A program made the translations under genes and the position numbers. A stretch of DNA of 64,000 bases. Source: an uncultured virus (IMG/VR IMGVR_UViG_3300021335_000006) (lineage: Duplodnaviria; Heunggongvirae; Uroviricota; Caudoviricetes). Positions within the stretch are counted from its first letter, which is position 1. The number at the start of each line of letters is the position of its first letter. Shown piece after piece: positions 10,824 through 21,160 of the stretch. The stretch covers positions 62,001 through 126,000 of the IMG/VR virus record IMGVR_UViG_3300021335_000006, one strand, 5' to 3'. Below the pieces are notes generated by a model. It did not search any database. It worked only from the letters and a program-made list of their open reading frames with translations, and was not told the DNA's origin.

Positions 10824-13511
10824 ATGGCGCTCGGAGATAAAAGATTTACTAGAATTCCACCAGAGAGTACTGGTGATCGTGTATACATGATCCACACTGC
10901 CGAGATTGAGTTCGGAACGAACACTGGCGGAAATAGCATTGGATACAACTGGAAGATCGGCTCAATGTACACTGTCACAGGATTTGGGATGGTGCATCTT
11001 CACGGTGTTTATGATAAAGGTGACGGTACTGGCGTTCTTGCTGTTCACTACTCAAAAGCAAATAAATTTGAGAATAACGAGCCTAGCGTTGGTCAAACAA
11101 TCGTCGATCCCGACGATGGCGGTGCTACTCGAATTGTGGGTGAAGTTGTTCGATTTTACGATGTCTATATTCCAGCACAAAATATCATGGGATATGACAA
11201 TCCCGAATATGGGCTCGACATTGATCCATATGGATCAGCACTCGTAACACTAGCGGACGGTCGCCCAACTCTCGATGCGTTCGGTAAACTTCGCACAACA
11301 GGCGCAACTCACTTAGGTGAGTATGTTTACTCTAATATTGACGAACTCTTAGAAAACTTTTCGTTGACATATCTTAATACAGGCGCAAGGGCAAAACGAG
11401 AAGCAGATGTCTTTTTTAGTGATACTGGAAAGTACATTGAGCCAAGAGTAAAAGAACAACAAGACTTTGCGGCGGCTTCAAGCAAGACCTATCATCACTA
11501 TATACCCGGCTCTGGTCATTTGTTCATGGGAACAATGTTGTTTAGTGATACTGGCAAAGTAAGTGCATTGCCTGCAACTAATTCAGGTACGGAAAGAAAT
11601 TTTGGACTTTTTGACGCAGACAATGGATTTATGTTTCGTGTCGGCCCAACGGGTGTCCTTTATCTCGTAAGAAGATCAAGTGTATCTGGATCTGTTAAGA
11701 ATTATATTTTAGCATCATCGGATACATCGGACGGATTCGATAACTTCAATGGCGACTTAATTAACGGCTCCAGAACATTGAGCAATCGTAGTCAGATGGA
11801 CTTCGACTTATCAAAGGACAATATCTTCTGGCTTGATATTCAGTGGCATGGCGCAGGTCGAGTAAGATTTGGCACATTTAATGATGGTCAACGTCTCGTT
11901 ATTCATGAATACTTCCACGGTAATCGCAACACAGAATCATTAAGTGCAACAGCATCACTTCCGGCTTGTCAACAACTGTACTACTACAGCGACAGCGAAA
12001 TGCAAAATCATGCTGTTTATGGAGATGGGTCGGGAACAGACGGTAACTTTGGGCCGCTTCCTTCAGACCTTGTTCGTTTGGGCTTAACTTCGTCGAGACC
12101 AGAAGATGCTAACTACGTCTACATGAGAAGTTGGAGTTCATCTGTATGGACGGAAACAGATATCGATTTACAGTCACTAGGTCGTCCAAAAGTTTACACA
12201 TCTGGGCACTTGGCTGTAGATGGTGCTGGATTCAGACCATTGTTTACTCTATCTCCAAAAGAATTGCTTGCTTCGGGTTCAGTAGATCATAGTCTTTTTG
12301 TTCCTACAAAGATCACTGCATATGCATATGATAATAATGTGGATACTGAGGGAGAGATTTCTGCGGGAGCAAATCGTGACGCAATTGTACACTTCCGAAT
12401 AGGTAGAGATTGCGTTCATAGCGGCCACGATTTTCAAGACATCCCAGGCACTAACTTTCAAATTTCAACTGCTGGTACTTCATTCGAAGACACAAACTTA
12501 TCGGGAAATACAAAGAACATCGAATTTGAAGATATGTTCAATGGGCAATTTACAGATATTCTCACAGATCGCTATATTAATCTACAAAACGGTGCTTGGA
12601 AAAATAGACCCGATGATGGTGGTGTAGCAGAACAAGTTATTTCTGATATCGACAATTCAATTGAAACGACAGGAGTGGGAGCGGCTGTTGATGCTGTAGG
12701 TAATAGCACTACGCTTTTACTTGACGATCAGACTGCGACAACTACGACAGTCGGAACAACCGCAATATATTCTACTACAATTGAAGTAGCAGACGCAACT
12801 GGATTTGTTATCGGTGGATCAGTAACCGTTCTTGATTCAAATAATACTCCATTGACATCTGACGGAACAAACATTCTTGATATCAATGGAAGCGTGTTGA
12901 CGCTAACTAAGCCAATTCAGAACAAGGCAATTCCTGCGGCGACTACACTGACGCACATTAAGTTAATCGAAGGTGGTGCGATCAGCGGAACAAACATTCC
13001 CGCAAACACTGTAATTCGTTCAGTGGATAGTGGAACTCAAGTCACATTAAGTTCAGCAACAACCGGAACGTTCTCTGGCGCTGAAACGTTTACGATGACT
13101 CGACCACCAGTCGTTACGATTGATCCGACTGATGCTGAATGTAGACCAGAAACAAGTGATCGTTGGCTGTTAAGAGAACCACAAACAGCAACATTCCCAT
13201 TGAATGAAAATACCGCAGATGGCGCATTGCATTGTCATAGTATCTCTTCTACTGGTATTGCAAATCCATTCCCAAGAACTGTTTTCATTAAGATTGTTAA
13301 CTTGACGAAAGCGTATTTGTATCAAGATCGATTGCTTACGATTCCTGTGGATACAACTGATTTTGCTTTCGATCCTGCGTCAGTGAATCCTGTTATTCAT
13401 GGATTTACAGGATCTCGCTCGACTTGGACTTTCTTTGCACACGAGCAAATTAAGGATATGCAAGATCCTAGAATTATGTTTAGCATTACTTGGAAAGAGA
13501 TACTTCAGTAA
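10824..13511 (+). CDS. Putative virion structural protein
   Basis: 895 aa; DAFGKLR and IQWHGAGRVRFG motifs, which I associate with marine myophage structural proteins; late promoter. Confidence 0.75.
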   Translation: MALGDKRFTRIPPESTGDRVYMIHTAEIEFGTNTGGNSIGYNWKIGSMYTVTGFGMVHLHGVYDKGDGTGVLAVHYSKANKFENNEPSVGQTIVDPDDGGATRIVGEVVRFYDVYIPAQNIMGYDNPEYGLDIDPYGSALVTLADGRPTLDAFGKLRTTGATHLGEYVYSNIDELLENFSLTYLNTGARAKREADVFFSDTGKYIEPRVKEQQDFAAASSKTYHHYIPGSGHLFMGTMLFSDTGKVSALPATNSGTERNFGLFDADNGFMFRVGPTGVLYLVRRSSVSGSVKNYILASSDTSDGFDNFNGDLINGSRTLSNRSQMDFDLSKDNIFWLDIQWHGAGRVRFGTFNDGQRLVIHEYFHGNRNTESLSATASLPACQQLYYYSDSEMQNHAVYGDGSGTDGNFGPLPSDLVRLGLTSSRPEDANYVYMRSWSSSVWTETDIDLQSLGRPKVYTSGHLAVDGAGFRPLFTLSPKELLASGSVDHSLFVPTKITAYAYDNNVDTEGEISAGANRDAIVHFRIGRDCVHSGHDFQDIPGTNFQISTAGTSFEDTNLSGNTKNIEFEDMFNGQFTDILTDRYINLQNGAWKNRPDDGGVAEQVISDIDNSIETTGVGAAVDAVGNSTTLLLDDQTATTTTVGTTAIYSTTIEVADATGFVIGGSVTVLDSNNTPLTSDGTNILDINGSVLTLTKPIQNKAIPAATTLTHIKLIEGGAISGTNIPANTVIRSVDSGTQVTLSSATTGTFSGAETFTMTRPPVVTIDPTDAECRPETSDRWLLREPQTATFPLNENTADGALHCHSISSTGIANPFPRTVFIKIVNLTKAYLYQDRLLTIPVDTTDFAFDPASVNPVIHGFTGSRSTWTFFAHEQIKDMQDPRIMFSITWKEILQ

Positions 13512-14122
13512 TGCCTTCGATTCATCAGTTTTATGGGACTCGATGGAATTGGCTTCCTGCTGATGAGGGTGGATACCCAAATCAAAAGGTTGCATTCGAT
13601 GGGCCAACAAGAACGATATTTGTAGATGAAGGAGTGACAACGTTAGACGTAAAGACGGATTTGTATTCCGCTTGGAAAGAATGGAATATTGCATCGACGG
13701 AAGCACCCGATGCTAGAGTTTGGGATAAAGCATTTACTGCTGTTGGTGGTGACCCGATTACTGAAGATAGAGATCTTGGTGTCACATACTTTCTTGAGAA
13801 TGGATGGAGGATACAGCCCTTTGCTTCAAAGTCATCATATACATTGACGATTGAAGGAAACTTATATACACGAGAAGCGGGTCAGACTCCGTTTTACTTT
13901 GCGGAAGGTGTTTCTGTTTCGCTTGTAAGATCGAATATCGTTGATTTAATTACTGTAGAAGCTGTTGGTGTGAGTTTGACAGATCAGGATATTACGAACA
14001 TTGCAAATGCTGCCGCAGATCAAGTTTGGGATGAGCAATTAAATTCGCATCAAACAGCAGGATCTACGGGTAAAAAGCTGAAAGATAACTTAAAGCGTAA
14101 CTCGTATATCGCCAGAATATGA
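13511..14122 (+). CDS. Putative virion structural protein
   Basis: ATG overlaps the upstream TAA (TAATG); DLYSAWKEW, GGDPI and YFLENGWRI motifs. Confidence 0.7.
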   Translation: MPSIHQFYGTRWNWLPADEGGYPNQKVAFDGPTRTIFVDEGVTTLDVKTDLYSAWKEWNIASTEAPDARVWDKAFTAVGGDPITEDRDLGVTYFLENGWRIQPFASKSSYTLTIEGNLYTREAGQTPFYFAEGVSVSLVRSNIVDLITVEAVGVSLTDQDITNIANAAADQVWDEQLNSHQTAGSTGKKLKDNLKRNSYIARI

Positions 14123-14128
14123 GTTTAT

Positions 14129-14136
14129 TATAAATA
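14129..14136 (+). promoter_or_regulatory. T4-type late promoter
   Basis: Exact TATAAATA. Confidence 0.85.
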
Positions 14137-14158
14137 ATATACTACAGGAGAAATAATT

Positions 14159-14371
14159 ATGGATAATACTACATTAGATTTAGTGAGACAGGCTATTAAC
14201 TCCAAGCCAGACGAATTTAAAGATACGTTTAACGATATCATGACTAACAAAGTTGCAAATGCAGTCGATATGAAATATGACGAAATGTTTGCTTCCGCTT
14301 CAGAGGAAGAGTCCTTTGAAGAGTCAGAGATGGATGACGTAGAACAAGAAATGGAAATCGAAGGAGAGTAA
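14159..14371 (+). CDS. Prohead core protein (gp67-like)
   Basis: Short acidic protein at the start of the prohead cluster; assigned by synteny. Confidence 0.6.
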   Translation: MDNTTLDLVRQAINSKPDEFKDTFNDIMTNKVANAVDMKYDEMFASASEEESFEESEMDDVEQEMEIEGE

Positions 14372-14374
14372 GGT

Positions 14375-14800
14375 ATGAGAACCTTGCAAGACATCATACA
14401 GGAAGCTGTTGATAAGCCTCGTTCAGAAGACGAACAGCGTTTTATCGACAAGCATATTGTAGATAAAAAAGATCATCCAGAAGCTGAAGAAAGTCAATTC
14501 ACTTCTAAGTCTAAAAAGGCTAAGCGCCGGGCAGACAGAGAAGAGGGTAATGACGCTGCAGTTTACGAAGAGCGTTTGCTTGGATTCTCTAATTTTATTT
14601 CTTTAGAGGAGTCAGTCAAACCCGGTAAGATGACCTTGCAAGATGGCTCTTCCGTAATGATTGGCAAAGAAGATGCCTCGGCAATCAAATCTGTAATGGG
14701 ATCTATGAGTGGATCTAGCAAGAAAAAGATGCACGAAAAGATGATGAAGAATAAGAAAGGATTTGAGGAGATTGTAAAATTTGCTAGGGAGGCTGCTTAA
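14375..14800 (+). CDS. Prohead core protein (gp68-like)
   Basis: Upstream of gp21; N-terminus MRTLQDIIQE resembles a capsid-targeting sequence. Confidence 0.55.
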   Translation: MRTLQDIIQEAVDKPRSEDEQRFIDKHIVDKKDHPEAEESQFTSKSKKAKRRADREEGNDAAVYEERLLGFSNFISLEESVKPGKMTLQDGSSVMIGKEDASAIKSVMGSMSGSSKKKMHEKMMKNKKGFEEIVKFAREAA

Positions 14801-15066
14801 TGCCTAGCGTAGTCAAGCCATTAAGTCCAGCAGAAGATATCGCAAGCGGAGTCTCTGGAGCGGCCAGTGATATCAGCTTGGCTACTTTGGTTTCAGTAAC
14901 AAACATGGATCCAGCACCAGCGCTGGTTATTATAGTGGAAACTGGAAACGGCATATACGTTAGTCCAAATGGAACTGTTTTTATCGAAAAAGAGCCTGCT
15001 CAAACTTTGGATGCTCCAGCCGCCACTACAGTTGTTTGGGCCAGTGCGATTGCATATAGAGCATAA
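14800..15066 (+). CDS. Hypothetical protein, possibly structural
   Basis: 88-aa ORF coupled to the upstream stop (TAATG). Confidence 0.65.
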   Translation: MPSVVKPLSPAEDIASGVSGAASDISLATLVSVTNMDPAPALVIIVETGNGIYVSPNGTVFIEKEPAQTLDAPAATTVVWASAIAYRA

Positions 15067-15078
15067 GGATAATAATAA

Positions 15079-15759
15079 ATGTCACTACTCATAAAAGAAA
15101 TTGTTGAAGAAGTTCAATATATCACGGAAGAAAACGAGTCTGGTGGTAAGACGTATTTCGTCGAAGGTGTTATCATGCAAGGTAACATCAAGAATAGAAA
15201 CGGGCGCATTTATCCTTCTGAAGTTTTGTTTAACGAAACGAATCGTTATATCAAAAATTACGTAGAAAAGAATCGTGCATACGGTGAGTTAGGACATCCC
15301 GCTGGTCCCACAATCAATTTGGATCGTGTGTCTCACATGTTCACCGAGTTGCGAACAGAAGGTGACAATGTAGTTGGTCGAGCAAAAGTCATGGGAACTC
15401 CGATGGGCGAGATTGTTAAAAGTCTCATCGACGAAGGCGCTGTAATCGGAATTTCTTCTCGTGGAATGGGCTCGCTTAAGCAAAATAAAAGTGGCATCAT
15501 GGAAGTCCAAAAGGATTTCATGCTTGCTACAGCAGGTGATATCGTTGCTGATCCATCTGCGCCAGATGCATTTGTCAAAGGTGTAATGGAAGGAGTTGAT
15601 TGGGTATATGACATAGCTTCCTCTACATGGGAGAGAGCTAATGCTTTTGATCAAATTGAACAAGAAATTAAAGAAACTGCGAAAGTGTCTAGCAAAGATT
15701 TAGAAGCTAAGGCCGGCGTCATGTTCGAAAGATTTCTATCATCTTTAACAAAGATATAG
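15079..15759 (+). CDS. gp21: Prohead core protease
   Basis: NRNGRIY, AYGELGHP, ISSRGMGS and DIVADPSAPDAFV motifs. Confidence 0.97.
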   Translation: MSLLIKEIVEEVQYITEENESGGKTYFVEGVIMQGNIKNRNGRIYPSEVLFNETNRYIKNYVEKNRAYGELGHPAGPTINLDRVSHMFTELRTEGDNVVGRAKVMGTPMGEIVKSLIDEGAVIGISSRGMGSLKQNKSGIMEVQKDFMLATAGDIVADPSAPDAFVKGVMEGVDWVYDIASSTWERANAFDQIEQEIKETAKVSSKDLEAKAGVMFERFLSSLTKI

Positions 15760-15763
15760 TTTT

Positions 15764-15771
15764 TATAAATA
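15764..15771 (+). promoter_or_regulatory. T4-type late promoter
   Basis: Exact TATAAATA. Confidence 0.85.
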
Positions 15772-15807
15772 ATAGATAAACTATAACTAATAGTAAGGAG
15801 AATTCAT

Positions 15808-16764
15808 ATGAGTGAACAATACATTGAAGACGCTGATCTTATCAACGAGATCAAAGCTGATGGTGAGGATTCTGAATCTGCTGATCCCGTAGCTCCTGCT
15901 GGTGGCACTGGTGTTAAGCGTAAAGCTGACAAGCACCAAGGCGACATGAAGGCAGACGAGATCGAAGACGATGTAAAAACTCCCCAAGGCAAGGAAGGCG
16001 TAAAAGCCGCTCCACGTCATGCAGACAAGAAGAGCATGAAAGAGTCTATCGAAGGTATTTTCGAAGGTTCAGATCTTTCAGAAGATTTCAAGCAACGCAC
16101 TGTTGCTATCTTTGAAGCTGCAGTACAAGAAAAAGTTGTTGCTGTTCAAGAAGAACTTGAAGCTAAGTTTGAGCAAGATCTTGAAGAGCAAGTCCATCAA
16201 GCAGTTAACGATGTAGTCGAGAAAGTTGATGCATATCTCGATTATGTAGTTGAGTCTTGGATGAGCGAAAACGAACTTCAGGTTGAAAGCGGTATCAAGC
16301 TTGAAGTTGCGGAATCATTGATGGATGGTCTTAAGGCTTTGGCCTCTGAGCATAACCTCAATATTGATCAAGAAGAAATTGATCGTGTTGCGGAAATAGA
16401 AGCCAAGCTCAAAGAGCAGACCGAAGAATACAATGAAATTTTCGAGCAGTTACTTGAAGCTCGAAATGAAAAAGAATCTCTTGAGCGTGACATTGCGTTT
16501 AAGCAGGTTGTTGAAGGACTGACTGATACACAAGCTGAAAGGCTCCGTGTTCTTTCAGAAGGAGTCTCTTACGAATCAGTAGAAGAATTTACTCAGAAGA
16601 TCGAAGTTATTCGTGATCAGTTTGTTTCTGAGTCTGTAGCTCAACCTGTTTCTGAGGAAGAATCCGATGATCTTCTGCAAGAAGAGACAGAAGAAAAGGC
16701 CTACACTGATCCTTCGGTTTCGGCTTACGTAGAGTCTCTCAGCCGCTTTGCAGCTAAGAACTGA
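15808..16764 (+). CDS. gp22: Prohead core scaffold protein
   Basis: LSEDFKQRTVAIFEAAV and VDAYLDYVVESWM; acidic coiled coil between gp21 and gp23. Confidence 0.93.
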   Translation: MSEQYIEDADLINEIKADGEDSESADPVAPAGGTGVKRKADKHQGDMKADEIEDDVKTPQGKEGVKAAPRHADKKSMKESIEGIFEGSDLSEDFKQRTVAIFEAAVQEKVVAVQEELEAKFEQDLEEQVHQAVNDVVEKVDAYLDYVVESWMSENELQVESGIKLEVAESLMDGLKALASEHNLNIDQEEIDRVAEIEAKLKEQTEEYNEIFEQLLEARNEKESLERDIAFKQVVEGLTDTQAERLRVLSEGVSYESVEEFTQKIEVIRDQFVSESVAQPVSEEESDDLLQEETEEKAYTDPSVSAYVESLSRFAAKN

Positions 16765-16768
16765 TTTT

Positions 16769-16776
16769 TATAAATA
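16769..16776 (+). promoter_or_regulatory. T4-type late promoter
   Basis: Exact TATAAATA upstream of gp23. Confidence 0.88.
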
Positions 16777-16809
16777 GTAATAGACAAAATCTCAATAAGG
16801 AGAACAACT

Positions 16810-18120
16810 ATGAGAAATGAAGAATTACTTCAAAAGTGGAAGCCAGTTCTGGAGCATGAAGCTCTTCCTGCAATTGGCAACTCCCACAAGCAGGCAGTAA
16901 CTGCTACTCTTTTGGAAAACACAGAAAACGCCATTCGTGAAGAAGGCGGCGCTACTATGTCTCTCATGGAAGCACCTGCTACTTCTGACGGAAACGTATT
17001 CGGTTCTGGTGCCAACCGTGGTACTTACGATCCCGTATTGATCTCTCTCGTTCGTCGTGCAATGCCTAACCTCATCGCATATGACATCGCTGGCGTTCAG
17101 CCTATGACTGGTCCTACTGGACTGATCTTCGCTATGCGTTCAGAGTACGAGACAGACGCCGCTGGCAATGATCGTAACGTAGAAGCAATGTACAACGAAG
17201 CTGATACTGATTTCTCTGGAAACGGTGCTGCAGACGGTGTACAGGGTAATGCTACAGGTACTGCTGGATCTGATGACATCGCTAACACTGGAACTGGTAT
17301 GACTACTGCTCAAGCTGAAGCTCTGGGTGATGGTGCTGGTACTAACTTTGCTGAAATGTCTTTTGCAATCGAGAAGGTTTCAGTAACTGCTAAGTCACGT
17401 GCGTTGAAAGCTGAGTACACTTCTGAACTCGCTCAAGATCTGAAAGCAATCCACGGTCTTGACGCTGAGCAAGAGCTTGCTAACATGCTCTCTGCTGAGT
17501 TGCTTGCTGAAATCAACCGTGAAGTTGTACGCACAATCTACTCTTCTGCTGTAACTGGTTCCGCAGACACTGCATCCGCTGGTACTTTCAACTTGGACGT
17601 TGATGCTAACGGTCGTTGGTCAGTAGAGAAGTTCAAGGGCTTGATGTTCCAAATCGAGAAAGAAGCAAACGCAATTGCCAAGGCGACTCGTCGTGGTAAG
17701 GGCAACATCATCGTTTGTTCTTCAGACGTTGCTTCTGCTCTTCAGATGGCTGGCGTTCTGGATTACACTCCTGCTCTTAACGCTAACAACCTGAACCCCG
17801 ATGACACTGGCAATACATTCGCTGGTGTACTGAACGGACGTTTCCGTGTATACGTCGATCCGTATGCAGGTTCTAACTACATGGTAGTAGGCTACAAGGG
17901 TGCAAGCGCATTTGACGCTGGTATCTTCTACTGCCCATATGTTCCTCTGCAGATGGTTCGTGCAGTCGGTGAGAACAGCTTCCAATCTAAGCTGGGCTTC
18001 AAGACTCGCTACGGTATGGTTGCTAATCCCTTCGCTGAAGGTACCAACCAAGCGTATGGTGTTATTAGTAATAATAGCAACGTTTACTATCGTCGTAGCT
18101 TGGTCACCAACTTGCTATAA
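16810..18120 (+). CDS. gp23: Major capsid protein
   Basis: LVRRAMPNLIAYDIAGVQPMTGPTGLIFAMR, KSRALKAEY and FYCPYVPLQ motifs. Confidence 0.99.
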   Translation: MRNEELLQKWKPVLEHEALPAIGNSHKQAVTATLLENTENAIREEGGATMSLMEAPATSDGNVFGSGANRGTYDPVLISLVRRAMPNLIAYDIAGVQPMTGPTGLIFAMRSEYETDAAGNDRNVEAMYNEADTDFSGNGAADGVQGNATGTAGSDDIANTGTGMTTAQAEALGDGAGTNFAEMSFAIEKVSVTAKSRALKAEYTSELAQDLKAIHGLDAEQELANMLSAELLAEINREVVRTIYSSAVTGSADTASAGTFNLDVDANGRWSVEKFKGLMFQIEKEANAIAKATRRGKGNIIVCSSDVASALQMAGVLDYTPALNANNLNPDDTGNTFAGVLNGRFRVYVDPYAGSNYMVVGYKGASAFDAGIFYCPYVPLQMVRAVGENSFQSKLGFKTRYGMVANPFAEGTNQAYGVISNNSNVYYRRSLVTNLL

Positions 18121-18149
18121 TAAAAAGATCCGTCTTAACGGACACTTTG

Positions 18150-18176
18150 AGGGAGGCTCCGGCCTCCCTTTTTTTT
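18150..18176 (+). terminator. Intrinsic terminator after gp23
   Basis: GGGAGGC-TCCG-GCCTCCC followed by T8. Confidence 0.92.
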
Positions 18177-18179
18177 GCT

Positions 18180-18187
18180 TATAAATA
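18180..18187 (+). promoter_or_regulatory. T4-type late promoter
   Basis: Exact TATAAATA. Confidence 0.85.
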
Positions 18188-18219
18188 GTAGATACAACAA
18201 CACTTGAGACTTTAGAAAT

Positions 18220-18705
18220 ATGGCTACTTCTAATTTTCTATCACCAATTGAGTTTAGACTTGTAATTGATAGATTACCCGAGACTCGTTTTTATGTGCAG
18301 TCAGTAAATCTACCTGGCTTCAACACGAGTCCTGCGGCCACAGGAACTCCGTTTAAGACGCTCCCCTTTCCAAGTGTAAAGCTTGAATACGATGATCTCG
18401 TTGTGAGTGTGATAGCAGATGAAGATCTCAAAGCATTCCGAGAAGTTTCAGATTGGCTTATATCGCTGACATTCCCCAAAGAGTATAAGCAGTACGATGA
18501 TCTACAGCAGTCTCCGCAGTCGACCCTTTCCGACATGTCTCTAGTAATACTTGATAGCACAAAGAATGCTAACATCACAATCAACTTTATTAACGTGTTT
18601 CCGGTATCAATAAGCGGTATACAGATGGATACGAGAAACGCAGATGTAACTCCGCCCACATTTGACGTTTCGTTTAGGTATGATTCATATAATATTGTAG
18701 TGTAA
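18220..18705 (+). CDS. gp3: Tail tube terminator / tail completion protein
   Basis: NFLSPIEF, QSVNLPG and FPVSISGI motifs; usual position after gp23 in marine T4-like phages. Confidence 0.85.
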   Translation: MATSNFLSPIEFRLVIDRLPETRFYVQSVNLPGFNTSPAATGTPFKTLPFPSVKLEYDDLVVSVIADEDLKAFREVSDWLISLTFPKEYKQYDDLQQSPQSTLSDMSLVILDSTKNANITINFINVFPVSISGIQMDTRNADVTPPTFDVSFRYDSYNIVV

Positions 18706-18758
18706 ACTTTTTTGTGTTATAATTGATACTATTTAAGTTATTAGGTATGGAGAAGTGA

Positions 18759-19196
18759 ATGAAGATTGAAGATATTGTGCGTGAATGGGAAGGCGACTGC
18801 GAAATTGATATGACTAACATTGCATATGAAAGCGCATCAATTCCCAAGCTACATAATAAGTACTTCAAGATTTATATGGGAGAAGGATACATTCTCAAGA
18901 AGCTTAAAGCCGATCATAAGCAGTTGCTCAAACTCAAAACAGAGTACTACAAGGGTGAACTGAGTTCCGAAGAATTAAACGAGTACGGTTGGGACCCTCA
19001 GCCATTGAAAATTCTTCGTCAAGATATTCCGACATATCTGGATTCAGATTCCGAAATAATCGAGCATTCTTTGAAGATTGGAAGACAAGATCAGAAGATT
19101 GAATATCTAGAGTCCATAATAAAAATGATCAATAATCGTGGCTATCAGCTAAAGACGATTCTTGATTACGAAAGATTTAAGAGTGGAATGAATTGA
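18759..19196 (+). CDS. uvsY: Recombination mediator UvsY
   Basis: IPKLHNKY, EYYKGE and INNRGYQLK; upstream of uvsW. Confidence 0.9.
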   Translation: MKIEDIVREWEGDCEIDMTNIAYESASIPKLHNKYFKIYMGEGYILKKLKADHKQLLKLKTEYYKGELSSEELNEYGWDPQPLKILRQDIPTYLDSDSEIIEHSLKIGRQDQKIEYLESIIKMINNRGYQLKTILDYERFKSGMN

Positions 19197-20653
19197 TAAA
19201 AGAAACTGTCAGAGTCGAAAAAGTAGATGACGTATATGTCCGTGTAGTCGCTGAACCAGGCGTCAAGATGGAGATGTCTGAGTACTTTACCTTTTTTGTT
19301 CCCGGCTACAAATTTATGCCCGCATATAAGTCTAGGGTTTGGGACGGAAAGATTAGACTCTTGAATACAATGACGGGAATCATCTATGGTGGTCTTGTTG
19401 CATACATAGCAAAGTTTTGCATGAACAGATCTTACGATTGTATCATTGACGAAGCACTTTATCCCGAGGTGAACGTAGATCCAGAAGAAGCATACAATAT
19501 TGCGGAATACTTCAAATCAACGTTTATTCCTAGAGACTATCAGAATGATGCTGTTGTACATGCGCTCAAGAAAAATAGAGCGCTTTTACTCTCTCCTACA
19601 GCGTCCGGTAAGTCTTTCATTATCTACTTGCTGACACGCATTCGTATGGCTGATGATCTTAGAACTCTGATTATTGTTCCCACAACATCGTTAGTCGATC
19701 AAATGGCATCAGACTTTATTGAGTATAACAATGGAGAAAAGCTAGACATCCACAAAATTCGTGGTGGTGCTGACAAAAACGTAGACGCAAAAGTCGTAAT
19801 ATCAACTTGGCAGTCAATTTACAAACTAGACAAGTCTTGGTTTGATAAGTTTGACATGGTGATTGGTGACGAAGCGCATTTGTTTAAGGCCAAGTCTTTG
19901 ACCAAGATTCTTGAGAAGATGCCCAACTGTAAATACCGCTATGGGTTTACTGGAACTCTCGACGGAACTCAAACGCACAAACTTGTGCTAGAAGGAGTGT
20001 TTGGCCCCGTATACGAAGTCACTACTACTAAGAAGCTAATGGATGACAACACGCTAGCGAATCTAAAAATTGTTGGACTTGTTTTAAAGTATCCTCTTGA
20101 AACGTGTGATCTTAATAAAGGTAGATCATATCAAGATGAAATAGATTGGATCGTAACAAATGACGCAAGAAATAAATACATTCGAAATCTAGCACACTCT
20201 ATAAAGGGCAACACGCTGATTCTTTTTCAGTTTGTTGAAAAGCATGGAAAGATTTTACACAAGATGCTCGATAGCGAAGAGCATAGCGTTCACTTTGTTC
20301 ATGGCGGAGTGAATACAGAAGAACGGGAAGAAGTACGAAGGATAACAGAAGAAACAGATAACAACATTATCTTGGCTTCGTATGGTACATTTTCTACCGG
20401 TATAAATATTAAGAAGCTAGATAATGTTATATTTGCATCACCGTCCAAGTCAAAAATCAGAAATCTACAATCTATTGGAAGAGGTCTGAGAAAAGGAAAC
20501 GGCAAAACAAAAGCAACTCTTTATGATATTGTCGATGATCTTAGATATAAAAGTCATGTGAACTTTGCATTTAGACACTTTGCTGAAAGAGTCAAAATTT
20601 ACAACGATGAAAGTTTTCAATACAAGATTTACGATATTGATATAAAGGAGTAG
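19193..20653 (+). CDS. uvsW: SF2 DNA helicase UvsW
   Basis: SPTASGKS, GDEAH, FTGTL and LQSIGRGLR motifs. Confidence 0.96.
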   Translation: MIKETVRVEKVDDVYVRVVAEPGVKMEMSEYFTFFVPGYKFMPAYKSRVWDGKIRLLNTMTGIIYGGLVAYIAKFCMNRSYDCIIDEALYPEVNVDPEEAYNIAEYFKSTFIPRDYQNDAVVHALKKNRALLLSPTASGKSFIIYLLTRIRMADDLRTLIIVPTTSLVDQMASDFIEYNNGEKLDIHKIRGGADKNVDAKVVISTWQSIYKLDKSWFDKFDMVIGDEAHLFKAKSLTKILEKMPNCKYRYGFTGTLDGTQTHKLVLEGVFGPVYEVTTTKKLMDDNTLANLKIVGLVLKYPLETCDLNKGRSYQDEIDWIVTNDARNKYIRNLAHSIKGNTLILFQFVEKHGKILHKMLDSEEHSVHFVHGGVNTEEREEVRRITEETDNNIILASYGTFSTGINIKKLDNVIFASPSKSKIRNLQSIGRGLRKGNGKTKATLYDIVDDLRYKSHVNFAFRHFAERVKIYNDESFQYKIYDIDIKE

Positions 20654-20655
20654 TC

Positions 20656-21033
20656 ATGAATTTAATGCACATCAAGCTTCGGTCTGGAGAAGAACTCGTT
20701 GCAGACATTATCAATCAAAAGATTGCAGACGAAGAAGGACCAGCATGTCTTTTGCTCAGCAAGCCTGTTCAAGTAATTCCTACAGGGAACGGTATCTCTG
20801 CACGAGAGTGGCTTTATTTCTCAGAGACAAACGAAGTTTGGTTGTCCGTCAATGATATGATGTATATCAACGAAGCCAATGAAGATGCAATTGAATTCTA
20901 CGATAGAATTGTTCTAATGAGAGAAGACCATGAGTCTGCAAAAAAGCATGAGCGTCTCGATGATATGGATATGGATGATATTCGTGAACTCTTCGACACC
21001 TTGGTAGAGTCAAAGAACTCTATAAAACATTAA
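20656..21033 (+). CDS. Conserved hypothetical protein, possible Sm-like fold
   Basis: IKLRSGEELVA N-terminus; lies between uvsW and gp55. Confidence 0.7.
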   Translation: MNLMHIKLRSGEELVADIINQKIADEEGPACLLLSKPVQVIPTGNGISAREWLYFSETNEVWLSVNDMMYINEANEDAIEFYDRIVLMREDHESAKKHERLDDMDMDDIRELFDTLVESKNSIKH

Positions 21034-21055
21034 TATTTTTTCCTGCGTTAACAGG

Positions 21056-21084
21056 ATTATACTGAACATATAAGCATCTGTCAA
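21056..21084 (-). promoter_or_regulatory. Perfect sigma70 promoter, antisense orientation
   Basis: Reverse complement reads TTGACA-N17-TATAAT. Confidence 0.7.
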
Positions 21085-21107
21085 TAGAAAATTAAAACTT
21101 TTTGCTA

Positions 21108-21136
21108 TTGACTCAACACTATTTTTCCCGTATACT
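21108..21136 (+). promoter_or_regulatory. Sigma70-type promoter for gp55
   Basis: TTGACT-N17-TATACT. Confidence 0.7.
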
Positions 21137-21160
21137 GTGTAAAAATGTCAGAGGTATAAC

